Of a stretch of DNA of 64,000 nt, positions 38,793 to 48,118 are shown one piece after another. How positions within the stretch are numbered: position 1 is the stretch's first letter; the number at the start of each line of letters is the position of its first letter. The stretch lies in NCBI GenBank assembly GCA_964446605.1, contig CAYUPN010000005.1, forward strand, positions 5,039 through 69,038, given 5' to 3'. The translations under genes and the position numbers were made by a program. The notes below the pieces were generated by a model. That model had not been told where the DNA came from. It did not search any database and was given only the letters and a program-made list of their open reading frames with translations. Origin of the DNA: an uncultured Bifidobacteriaceae bacterium. Its GTDB lineage: Bacteria; Acidobacteriota; Vicinamibacteria; Vicinamibacterales; JAENWD01.

Positions 38793-39970
38793 TACAGCCC
38801 CCGAACCACGCCGGCGAGCGCCGCCGCCCGGTGGCGGAACGTATGCTCCGCCAGCGCGCGCCGGCGGGCGGCGGCGCCGATCGCGCGCCGCTCGGCTTCG
38901 TGGGCGATCAGGTAGCGATACCGATCGATGGCTTCTTCGGCCGAGCCGACGACCACGACCTCCCGGCCGGGCTCGAACCAGCGCTCGATCCCGTTGTACG
39001 GATTGCAGACGATGCAGGCGCCCATCATCGCCAGCTCGAACGGGCGCATCGTGGAGGACGCGTAGGTGCGCGCGTGCGGTTCGCGCGTGATCGCGAGGTT
39101 CACGCGGCTGCGCGCGATCCGTGCGCAGAGCCGGTTGAACGGCACGCCCTCGACGACCATCGCGCGGCCGAGATCCCCAAGGCCGGTGCCCCGCACCGCG
39201 AAGCGCGCCTCAGGCATCGCGCGCGAGGGCTCGGCAATCATCGCGGCGATCCACCCGGCGCGGTACTCGGCGGTGTGGCCGTAGAAGAACACGTCCGTGT
39301 CCTGCGCCAGGTCCAGCGGCTGATAGAGGTCCGGATCGGCCGCGTAGTGCAGCGTCTCGACGCGGCGCGCTCCCATCGTCTCGAGCGCGGCTCGGGCACC
39401 TTCGGAATTGCTCAGAACGAGATCGAACTCACGCAGGTCGGCGCCGTCGTAGATGCGGAACCCGCTGGCGAAGCCGTCGGAATCGGGCAGGCTGGCCGGG
39501 GCGTCGCCGTCGTAGAACGCGACGGGAACCCGGTAGCGCGACCGGATCGCGCTGGCAACTCCCCGCACATGGTTCGGCGGGATCGACACGAAGAGCACCG
39601 CGTCGACAGGCTGTTCCCGTTCGATGACGCGGGTCAGATGCCGGATCCACTTCGGCCCGACGACGGCCCGCGCGAGCATCCGCTCGGCGCGATGGCGCAG
39701 CGTCTCCCCGGAGCCCGCGCGCGTCGCGCGACGGCCGCCGCCGTTCACGCCGCGGGTGAGCCGGCGCGCCGCCGCCACCAGCTCCCCTTCGACCCGCGCC
39801 GGGTTGGGATAGGCGCGCCACCAGGGGGTGCTCGGTGCGCGCCCGTGGTACGTCGTGACCACGAGGTCGACGCCGACCTCGTAGAGTCCCTTCAGCAACT
39901 GCCACCACGCCGGCGTCGCGCTGAGCGGAACCTCCAGGTCGAGCGACGAGCAGGCGACGACAAGCTTCAT
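38792..39970 (-). CDS. CgeB/YkvP-like glycosyltransferase
   Basis: ADPDLY, SRVNL, RPFE, WFEPGRE, ALAEHTFRHR; TATAAT upstream. Confidence 0.8.
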   Translation of the reverse strand: MKLVVACSSLDLEVPLSATPAWWQLLKGLYEVGVDLVVTTYHGRAPSTPWWRAYPNPARVEGELVAAARRLTRGVNGGGRRATRAGSGETLRHRAERMLARAVVGPKWIRHLTRVIEREQPVDAVLFVSIPPNHVRGVASAIRSRYRVPVAFYDGDAPASLPDSDGFASGFRIYDGADLREFDLVLSNSEGARAALETMGARRVETLHYAADPDLYQPLDLAQDTDVFFYGHTAEYRAGWIAAMIAEPSRAMPEARFAVRGTGLGDLGRAMVVEGVPFNRLCARIARSRVNLAITREPHARTYASSTMRPFELAMMGACIVCNPYNGIERWFEPGREVVVVGSAEEAIDRYRYLIAHEAERRAIGAAARRRALAEHTFRHRAAALAGVVRGL

Positions 39971-40124
39971 CGGCTCTGGGGAGAGATGTCTCGGGCTGCA
40001 TTATACGGGCGCCCGGACGTCGCGGCTCGTACTCGGCGGGTTCCACCTGCTCGTCCAGGCATTCGTGACGGACGTCGCCAGCGTGCCGGCACACAGCACG
40101 CGGCTGGATGCCGAGCCGCGCCGG

Positions 40125-42707
40125 TCACGGCGCGACGACCCTGGCCGCCGACGACAGGAGGCGGTGATAGGCGGCGGCATACGCCTCCGCTGACACGATC
40201 GCCCGCGCGCGCTCGCGGGCGCGGACACCCAGTCTGTCGACGTCGTCCGAGGCGAACGCGCGGACCAGTGCCCCGGCGAGCGCGTCCGCATCGGCCGGCG
40301 GCACGAGCCAGCCGTTGCGATCGTCGTCCACGATTTCCGGCAGGCCGCCGACGCGGCTCGCCACGACCGGCGTGCCGGCCAGCATCGCCTCGAGCGCGAC
40401 GCGCGAAAGCCCCTCGCTCAACGACGGGACGACCACGATCCGCGCCTCCTTCATCAGGCCGGCCAGCTCCCCGGTACCGAGTTCGCCGGGGAGGGCGACG
40501 TCCCGCAGACTCAGCGCCGCGAGCCGGGCGCGCAGGGCGCGGGCGTACGCGGCGTTGGGCGCCGGACCGGCCAGCACCAGACGCGCGCCGGCGATGCGCG
40601 GCCCCGCCAGACCGAACGCTTCCACGAGCACGTGGGCGCCCTTGATCGGCGCGAGCGTGCCGGCGAACAGGATCAGCCGGCTCGCGCCGGGCGGCGCCGC
40701 TCGCGGCTCGCGCGCGAAGGCGTCGGCGTCGATCCACGCCGGGAAGATCACGACAGGCAGCCGGGGCGCGGACTGCTGGAGCGCATCGCGCGTCGCCCGC
40801 GACACCGCGCGCCCGAGGTCGGCGCGGCGAAGGGCGAAGGCGACGGCACGGCGCCGCAGCCGGGCGGACGCGCGCGGCAGCACCATCCGGCGGTAGAGGC
40901 GTGCTCCGTCCGTGAAATCGCCGTGGGACTCGACGACGAGGACGGCCGGACGGCCCACCCGCGCGAGGATCCCCTTGACCGCGGCGCCAATGGCACCCTC
41001 GAGCGGGCTCTGCGCGACGATGATCCGCGCATCGCGGCGCAGCGCGAGCCAGAGCAGCACGAGCGGCGCCGCCGCCGCCATCAGCGCCTGACGCACGGCG
41101 GCGACCGGGATCCAGGGGAGCAGGTAGAAGGCGGCATGCTGCCGGAACCGGCGCGGACGTCCGTCGCATGAGAACGCCACGACGTGCATCACGATGCCGC
41201 TGGCCGCGAGCGTTTCCCACTTGCGCGCGGTCGATCGGTCGAGCGGCCGGGAATAGCGTGCGCTGCCGAGCCAGCTCGCCGTGATGGGCCGCGACGGTTC
41301 GAGTGCGTCGGCACGATCGGGCCTCGCACGTGTCCTCCCGGTCCACGCCCGCGCCATGTGCAGGAGCGCAACCGCCGCGAAGAGGAAGAGTGCGGGATCG
41401 CCGGGGACGCGGTACCGCGTGGACGGGTGCGTGACCACGTAGACGATCGTCAGGGCAATCGCGGGGCACCACAGGACCACCGCGTCGCGCCAGCGCCGCC
41501 GGCTCCACCACGTGCCCAGTACCGCGAGCAGCAGGAGCCCGCCCCAGTAGAGCCTGTGCACGGATCGTCCGACCCGATTGAAGAGCGGGCGCGCGTAGAT
41601 GACCACCGGCTCGGTGGGCGGAAGGCCGGCCAGACGCAGCGAGCCGTCCGCGTTCACGTGCGCCGCCGCTTCTCCCGGCGGCGCCGGCGGTCCGTCGGCC
41701 GAGGGATTCACGCGCGGCGAGATATCGAGGCTCCATTGCACGCGGAGCTTGGTCCAGACGAGATCCGGGACGACCTGCGGGTTCGCGCGCAGGTAATCCA
41801 GCGCCTGCTGGAACATCTCCGCACCGGCCTCCGGCCCGAGGCGGTCCGCGGCCTCGACATCCGGCGGCGGCACCCATTGCGCGTCGTAGCCGGCGCGCAG
41901 GTAGGCGATGGTCTGCGCGTTGTTCCCCTGCCAGAAGTTCGATCCGCCGTTGGTGGCGACCGGCACGAACTGTCCATACACCCGCGTGTTGCGCGCCAGC
42001 CAGGGAGCGAGCACGAGGCCGGCCACGAGCGCCGCGGGTAGCAGGCGGCGGGCGGCAGCCCGCGCCCCGAGGGTCGCCGCGAACCAGATCGCTACGAGTC
42101 CGGCCAGGGGCGCCACGATCGGGCGCGCCAGCGCCGCGATCCCGAGAAGCGCGCCGCACACGGCGCCGCTCATCCAGATCGCTCGTGCGCCGGACACATC
42201 ACGCAGCGACACCGTGGCGGCGAGCACGACGTACAAGAGGGCGATGAACAACGACGTGTCGGAGACGGAGACGCTCTGAAAGACGAGGTAGGGATAGAAG
42301 GCCGTGAAAGCGGCCGCCAGCGTGCCCGTCGTGAGACCGCCCGGCAGCAGCCGCGCCCCGAGGCGGCGCAGCGCGAGGATGGCAGCCAGATCGAGAATCG
42401 TGTTGAGGATGACGACCTGGAGCGCCCCGCGACCCGCGAGCGCGTAGACCGCCGCCAGCAACGCGCTGTACAGTGGCGGCAGCACGGCATCCGGCACCCC
42501 CGCGTGGAGACCGTAGACACCGGTGTCCAGCAGGTTGCGCGCGTAGGTGTCGTAGGCTGTCGATCCGTGGATGATTCCGGTCGCGTCGAACGCGAACAGC
42601 TGCCCAAATGCCCCCAGCACCGCGATCCGGATGGCCGCCGCTCCGACCAGCAGCGCGACGAGCGTCCGGCGGCTGGCGAGCACGCGCGTCAACGCCTGCA
42701 CGGCCAT
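40125..42707 (-). CDS. fusion of an N-terminal GT-C (ArnT/PMT-like) membrane domain and a C-terminal GT4
   Basis: YARNL..GVY..PPLYS, TM helices, PWLARN, TNGG.NFWQGNN, TRYRVP; then GTLAPIKG, EGLSRVALEAM. Confidence 0.8.
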   Translation of the reverse strand: MAVQALTRVLASRRTLVALLVGAAAIRIAVLGAFGQLFAFDATGIIHGSTAYDTYARNLLDTGVYGLHAGVPDAVLPPLYSALLAAVYALAGRGALQVVILNTILDLAAILALRRLGARLLPGGLTTGTLAAAFTAFYPYLVFQSVSVSDTSLFIALLYVVLAATVSLRDVSGARAIWMSGAVCGALLGIAALARPIVAPLAGLVAIWFAATLGARAAARRLLPAALVAGLVLAPWLARNTRVYGQFVPVATNGGSNFWQGNNAQTIAYLRAGYDAQWVPPPDVEAADRLGPEAGAEMFQQALDYLRANPQVVPDLVWTKLRVQWSLDISPRVNPSADGPPAPPGEAAAHVNADGSLRLAGLPPTEPVVIYARPLFNRVGRSVHRLYWGGLLLLAVLGTWWSRRRWRDAVVLWCPAIALTIVYVVTHPSTRYRVPGDPALFLFAAVALLHMARAWTGRTRARPDRADALEPSRPITASWLGSARYSRPLDRSTARKWETLAASGIVMHVVAFSCDGRPRRFRQHAAFYLLPWIPVAAVRQALMAAAAPLVLLWLALRRDARIIVAQSPLEGAIGAAVKGILARVGRPAVLVVESHGDFTDGARLYRRMVLPRASARLRRRAVAFALRRADLGRAVSRATRDALQQSAPRLPVVIFPAWIDADAFAREPRAAPPGASRLILFAGTLAPIKGAHVLVEAFGLAGPRIAGARLVLAGPAPNAAYARALRARLAALSLRDVALPGELGTGELAGLMKEARIVVVPSLSEGLSRVALEAMLAGTPVVASRVGGLPEIVDDDRNGWLVPPADADALAGALVRAFASDDVDRLGVRARERARAIVSAEAYAAAYHRLLSSAARVVAP

Positions 42708-42779
42708 CCCGAGACACGTCCGACGAGACCTGCGCCGGCCAACTGAATCAGGACGCCTGTCTCCGGATCGCGAGTGCGA

Positions 42780-42982
42780 CCGCGCGGGACTGCTCCGAAG
42801 CGCATCGGAATCACCTGGCGGGAACGGCGACGTACGAAGTCGCGGATGCGAGCGCGCTGACCCTGCCCGACCGGCACGACGACGCCGTCGTCGCGGAGGG
42901 CATTATGCATCATCCGCCCGGCACCGATGCGCTCGTCGCGCGGCTGCATCGTGCGCTCGTGCCGGGCGGCCGGCGCGCATGA
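42780..42982 (+). pseudogene. degenerate SAM-methyltransferase fragment
   Basis: YEVADASALTLPDRHDDAVVAEGIMHH...LHRALVPGG; motif I (GxGxG) is absent. Confidence 0.55.
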
Positions 42983-44190
42983 TCGTGCTGCACGTTTCGC
43001 CCTACTTCGCACCTGCCTGGAGCTTCGGCGGCGTCTGCCGCGCGGTGACCGACCTCGCCCGGACGCAGGTCCGCATGGGACATAGGCCACTGGTGCTCAC
43101 CACCGATGCACGCTCGCGATCGTCCCGGCTGCCGGCGGGCGAGGATCGCGTGGATGGCATCCCGGTCGTGCGAGTCCGCAATCTGAGCCTCGCGGCTCGC
43201 GCGCGTCTCAACCTGTCCACGCCGGTCGGCTTCGCGTCCGCCTTGACGTCGCTGCTGGAGACCTACGCCCCCGACGTGGTCCACTGCCACGAGCTGCGCA
43301 CGATCGAGACGCTGCAGGCGGTGCGCACCGTCCGCCGACGCCAGACTGCCGTCGTGCTCTCGCCTCACGGCACGCTGCCGCACGCGACGGGACGATCGCG
43401 GGCGAAGCAGCTCTGGGACCTGGTTTTCACCGCCCGCATGCTTCCGGTGTTCGACGGCGTCGTGGCGCTGACGAGCGCGGAGCGCGCGGACGTGGAGGCC
43501 CTCTGGCGATCACACGGGGCGCCGCTCGAGCCGGCCCGGATCCCGGTCGTGCCGAACGGCGTGGACCCGGACGCGTTCGCCGGACGTCCGCCGCGCGAGG
43601 AGGCGCGCGCACGCTGGGGGCTCGGCCGCGGTCCGGTCGTGCTCTTCATGGGACGCTTGACGCCGAGAAAGAACCTGCCGCTGCTCGTGGGCGCGTTCGC
43701 CGACGCCGCTACGTCGCTTCCCGAGGCGCGGCTGCTCGTGGCGGGACCCGACGAAGGCGACGACGTGGCGGCTCGTGCGGCGGCCGCCCGTCCCGGCGCC
43801 GCGGGACGGGTCGTCTTCGCCGGCGCCGTGGACGGCGCGGACCGGCTCGCGGCCTTTGCAGCGGCCGATCTCTTCGCGCTCCCTGCCGTCGGCGAAGGGT
43901 TTCCCGTCGCCGCGCTCGAGGCGCTCGCATGCGGAATCCCGGTAGTCCTGAGTCCCGAGTGCCACTTCCCGGAGGCGGCCGCGGCAGGCGCCGGACTGAT
44001 CGTCGAACCGGCGCGCGAGCGTCTCGCCGCGGTGCTGAGCGAACTGCTGCCGGATCGGCCGCGCCTCTCGGCCATGGGCGTGCGGGCGCGGGATCTGGCG
44101 CGTCGCCAGTATGCGTGGACGCGCGTCGCCGCCGACATCGAGGCCGGCTATCGCGCCGCCATCGCGTGGCGACAGACGCATCCCCGATGA
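42979..44190 (+). CDS. GT4 glycosyltransferase
   Basis: PYFAPAWSFGG, SPHG, VVPNG, GRL..RKN, EGFPVAALEA. Confidence 0.9.
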   Translation: MIVLHVSPYFAPAWSFGGVCRAVTDLARTQVRMGHRPLVLTTDARSRSSRLPAGEDRVDGIPVVRVRNLSLAARARLNLSTPVGFASALTSLLETYAPDVVHCHELRTIETLQAVRTVRRRQTAVVLSPHGTLPHATGRSRAKQLWDLVFTARMLPVFDGVVALTSAERADVEALWRSHGAPLEPARIPVVPNGVDPDAFAGRPPREEARARWGLGRGPVVLFMGRLTPRKNLPLLVGAFADAATSLPEARLLVAGPDEGDDVAARAAAARPGAAGRVVFAGAVDGADRLAAFAAADLFALPAVGEGFPVAALEALACGIPVVLSPECHFPEAAAAGAGLIVEPARERLAAVLSELLPDRPRLSAMGVRARDLARRQYAWTRVAADIEAGYRAAIAWRQTHPR

Positions 44191-45671
44191 AGGCGGCCAC
44201 GGCCGAACCCGGTGCGACGTCCAGCGTTGCCGCCAACGCGGCCGCGCTCGCGACGTCGAAGGTGGTCACCTCCAGCCTGCTGTTCGGCTGGCAGATCGTC
44301 CTCGGGCGGGCGCTGGGCAGCGCCTCCTACGGCGTCTACGGCACAATCGGCGCGTTGATGGCCGTCGGCGCGGCGATCGCCGACCTCGGCACGGGCACGA
44401 TCGTCGTGCGGGACGTGGCCCGCCGCCCGGACCTGGCCGGCCGGTACTTCACGTCCTCACTGGCGTTGCAGAGCGTGCTGGCGCTGCTCGCGTATGCCGT
44501 GCTCCAGGCAGGCGCGGCCGCGCTCGGCTACGACGCCGACCTGCGCGCGCTCCTGGTGTTCGTCGGCGTGAACCTGCTCATCGACGCGGCCGGCACGGCC
44601 GGGCACAACCAGCTCGTCGCCGCCGAACGCATGTGGCGAACCGGGCTCATCAGCGTCGCGCACGTCGTCGTCCTCGTCGCGCTCGGGAGTCTTGCACTGG
44701 CGTTCGGCGGCGGACTGTGGGCGATCTATGCCGCGTTGGTCGGCGCCAGTCTGATCCGCGCGGTCCTCTATCTGGCTGCGGCGCGGCGCGCGACCGCCAC
44801 GCCCGGCATGGTGCCCGGCATCGACCCGGGGCTGGCCCGGCGCGTGCTCGCGGCCGGACTGCCGCTCGGGGCGGCGGCCCTCGTGTCGCTCGCCTTCCTG
44901 CACGCCGACAAGCTCGTGACCACGGTGATCCTGGGAGTCGAGGCGACGGGGCAGCTGACCGCCGCATTCGTCCTCGTCTTCGGCGTCGCGGAACTGCTGG
45001 GCAGCACGTTGCTGGTGGCCACGCTGCCCGTGATGTCGCGCGGCGCGGCGCATGACAGGCCGGCCGCGAACCCGTCCATGCTGGAGTCGCTGATCTACGC
45101 CGTGCTCCTGATCGGCGTGCCGGCGGCGGCGTTGATCGCGTGGCTCGGGAGCGGCATCGTGCAGCTGCTGTTCGGAGCCGGCTATGCCGCCGCCGGAGCG
45201 GTCCTCCGCGTGCTCGGCTGGTGCGTGGTGGTGCGCATGCTCGAGGGGGCGATCGCGCAGGCATTGCTCGTGCGCGATCGACAGCGGGACGTGCTCGTGG
45301 CCCGCCTCGGCGGGCTGTGCGTCAATCTCGTCCTGACGATCAGCCTGCTCCCGCGGATCGGCGTCATGGGCGCGGCCGTCGGCACCCTCGCCGGCGAACT
45401 GGCCATGACGGCCTGCATGCTGGTCGCCCTCGCGCCTCCGGCAGAGTGGCGGCTCCGGATGGGCCGACGTGCGGTACGGCTCGCCGGGCCCATCCTCGTG
45501 CTGGGCGCTTCGGTCGCGGTGGCGGACTCCCGGCTTCCAGTGCTCGCGACCGCCGTCGTGGGGATCGTCGCGTACACGGCGGCCGCAGCCGCTACGGGGG
45601 CGATCTCGCGCCACCATCTCCTGCTCTTCCTGCGGGCGGTCCCCGGCGGCTCCCGCTTCCGACCCTCGTGA
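44187..45671 (+). CDS. Wzx-like flippase
   Basis: RALG.ASYG.YG, ADLG...VVRDVAR, ADKL, LFGAGY, LLPRIGVMGAA. Confidence 0.85.
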   Translation: MKAATAEPGATSSVAANAAALATSKVVTSSLLFGWQIVLGRALGSASYGVYGTIGALMAVGAAIADLGTGTIVVRDVARRPDLAGRYFTSSLALQSVLALLAYAVLQAGAAALGYDADLRALLVFVGVNLLIDAAGTAGHNQLVAAERMWRTGLISVAHVVVLVALGSLALAFGGGLWAIYAALVGASLIRAVLYLAAARRATATPGMVPGIDPGLARRVLAAGLPLGAAALVSLAFLHADKLVTTVILGVEATGQLTAAFVLVFGVAELLGSTLLVATLPVMSRGAAHDRPAANPSMLESLIYAVLLIGVPAAALIAWLGSGIVQLLFGAGYAAAGAVLRVLGWCVVVRMLEGAIAQALLVRDRQRDVLVARLGGLCVNLVLTISLLPRIGVMGAAVGTLAGELAMTACMLVALAPPAEWRLRMGRRAVRLAGPILVLGASVAVADSRLPVLATAVVGIVAYTAAAAATGAISRHHLLLFLRAVPGGSRFRPS

Positions 45672-46834
45672 ACGCCGGCCTCCCGCTCCGCGTCGTCCAC
45701 ATCTGCAAGGTCAAGGGCATCGCCGGCGCCGAGCGCCACCTGCTGTCGCTGCTGCCGGCTCTCGCGCGCCATGGCGTTGCGGCGACCCTGCTGGTGATCG
45801 AGGAGCGGGGTGGGGCGGCGCAGGACTTCTGCGATGCGGCGCGGCGGCTGGGCATTCCGGTCGAGTCGGTGGCCACCCGGCACCACATCGATCCGACGCT
45901 CGCCGGCCGGATCGCCGCGCGTCTGCGCACGTCTGGCGCGGACCTCGTGCACACGCATCTCGTACACGCGGATCTCTACGGGCTCGCGGCGGCGCGGCGC
46001 GCCGGCATCGCTGCGGCGGTCTCGTCGCGGCACGACAACAATCCGTTCCGCCGTCGGTTCCTGATCCGCTGGCTGAATGGCCGCGCGATGCGGAAGGCAC
46101 GGCGCGTGATCGCCATTTCGCACGCCGTGGCCAGTTTCGTGCGGAACGTCGAGAGGACGGCCGCAGCCGCCATCGTGCCGATCCACTACGGGATCGAGGT
46201 TCCCGCGTGCGACGACGCGGCGCGCACCCGGGCGCGCCGCGCATTGGACTGTCCGACCGGCGTTCCCGTGATCGGCTTCGCCGGGCGGCTTGTGCACCAG
46301 AAAGGCGTGGACGTCCTGCTCGAGGGATTCAGCCGTCTGTTGCCCCTCCGTGCCGATGCACGGCTCGTCATCGCCGGCGACGGCCCGCTCCGTGCGCGGC
46401 TGGAGCGACTGGCCGGCGCGCTCGGGATCGCAGGGCGTGTGACCTTCGCCGGCTGGCAGGCCGACGCGACAGCCGTGATGCCCGCCTTCGATGTGATGGT
46501 GGTGCCATCGCGCTGGGAGGGACTCGGTCTCGTGGCCCTGGAGGGGCTCGCGTGCGCGCGCCCGCTGATCGCGAGCCGGGTGGACGCCCTGCCCGAGCTC
46601 GTGACGCACGCCGAAACCGGCCTGCTCGTGCCGCCCGGCGATCCGTCGGCTCTGGCCGATGCGCTGCGGGACCTGATCGACAACCCGGCACGCGCCGCGC
46701 GGATGGGCGAGGCCGGACGGGAACACGTCCGGCGCCACTTCACCGTGGAGCGCATGGCACGCGCGACGCTGGACGTCTATCGCGACGTGCTCGAGGAGGC
46801 CGCCGGTTCGTGCCTGCCGTCAACGCGTCCGTGA
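45668..46834 (+). CDS. GT4 glycosyltransferase
   Basis: GIAGAERHL, VHTH, GRL..QKG, EGLGLVALEG. Confidence 0.9.
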   Translation: MNAGLPLRVVHICKVKGIAGAERHLLSLLPALARHGVAATLLVIEERGGAAQDFCDAARRLGIPVESVATRHHIDPTLAGRIAARLRTSGADLVHTHLVHADLYGLAAARRAGIAAAVSSRHDNNPFRRRFLIRWLNGRAMRKARRVIAISHAVASFVRNVERTAAAAIVPIHYGIEVPACDDAARTRARRALDCPTGVPVIGFAGRLVHQKGVDVLLEGFSRLLPLRADARLVIAGDGPLRARLERLAGALGIAGRVTFAGWQADATAVMPAFDVMVVPSRWEGLGLVALEGLACARPLIASRVDALPELVTHAETGLLVPPGDPSALADALRDLIDNPARAARMGEAGREHVRRHFTVERMARATLDVYRDVLEEAAGSCLPSTRP

Positions 46835-48118
46835 GAGATCGGGTACAGGCGGGGTGTGAGTCCTTCTCGCAACCGCTGCCGCCGCGAGCACCCACAGAAA
46901 CGGCTGCATCGGGAAGAGATAGCGCGGCGTAGCCGGGAGCAGGCCGTGTACCACCAGCGGGTAGGCGATGGCGACGTACACGGGGAACCACTCGCGCCAT
47001 CGCGTCCACGAGCGGACGCCCCCCACGAGCGCCAGCCCGAGCGCCGTGAAGTGGAAGCCATAGACGAGCAGGCGCACGATGAAGCCGGGTCTGGCCGCGA
47101 TCCGCCAGAGGCCCGCGAACGATCTCTCCTCACGGAGCCAGCCGGCAAGTTCCTGCTTCGCTGACGGGCCCCCGAGATCCGTCGTGCCGTGCGGCTGCAG
47201 AAGCGCACCGCCGAGGTTCCGGAGCCGCCTCGCCATCCAGCCCGGGGGATCGGCGGAGACGAGTCCCAGCGCGCCATCCAGGTACCCGCGACCCGACGCG
47301 CGGAGCTGGTCCTCGCGTTCGTGGAACGCCGTGACCCCGAGCGGCCCGCCGTTCCCTTGCGCGCCGATCCACAGGTTCGAGCTGAAGCCCTCCGGCAGCG
47401 GACTGCCCGTGCTCCGATACAGTGCCGCGTGCCAGGGCAACAGGACCATCGCGGCGCCGACGAGCAGCAAGGCGGCCGCACCGGCGCCGCGGCGGCGGCC
47501 ATGGACAAGACAATGCCCGCAGAGAACCACGGGAAAGAGCAGCAGCACGGGTCGCGTCAGCGCCGCCGCCCCGAGCGTGCCGCCGGTCAGGAGCGAGCCG
47601 GCGGCCGTGGGCTGTGCCGCGTTCCTGATGTGCAACAGCACGCCGCCGGCCAACAGCACCAGGAAGAGCGTTTCGGTGCGGATCAAGAACGGCTCGATCA
47701 CGAAGGCCGGACCGAGACCGACGCCGGCTGCCGCGACGAGACTGCCGCGACGGCCACACCGCAGGACGCCGGCCATGAGCGCCGCGATCGCGGCGGTCGC
47801 AACCCCGAGGCAGACCTGCAACAGCCGGACTGTCGTCAGATACGCCGCGCTCGTCCCTGCGGCGCCGTCGGGCTCGCCGGCATCCGGCACCGCCACCCGG
47901 ACCGCGGCGAGCGCGAGCGGATAGGCGGGACCTACCGTGCGCAGGGGCTCCTCGAGCGATCCATGCGCGAGCTGCCACGCTTGTTTCACGTACCAGGGGC
48001 CGTCGCCTCCCTCGAACCAGGCGTGCGCAGGCATCAGCAGCACCACGAGCAGACGAGCCGCCGCAGCCAGCACCAGGACGACGAGCAGGGACACCCCTGG
48101 AGCAGTCCGCCGTTTCAT
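46820..48118 (-). CDS. GT-C (ArnT/GT39-like) membrane glycosyltransferase
   Basis: D..WY..A, PAYP, TETLF, LTRP, PW, NLWIG, PRY. Confidence 0.72.
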   Translation of the reverse strand: MKRRTAPGVSLLVVLVLAAAARLLVVLLMPAHAWFEGGDGPWYVKQAWQLAHGSLEEPLRTVGPAYPLALAAVRVAVPDAGEPDGAAGTSAAYLTTVRLLQVCLGVATAAIAALMAGVLRCGRRGSLVAAAGVGLGPAFVIEPFLIRTETLFLVLLAGGVLLHIRNAAQPTAAGSLLTGGTLGAAALTRPVLLLFPVVLCGHCLVHGRRRGAGAAALLLVGAAMVLLPWHAALYRSTGSPLPEGFSSNLWIGAQGNGGPLGVTAFHEREDQLRASGRGYLDGALGLVSADPPGWMARRLRNLGGALLQPHGTTDLGGPSAKQELAGWLREERSFAGLWRIAARPGFIVRLLVYGFHFTALGLALVGGVRSWTRWREWFPVYVAIAYPLVVHGLLPATPRYLFPMQPFLWVLAAAAVARRTHTPPVPDLSRTR

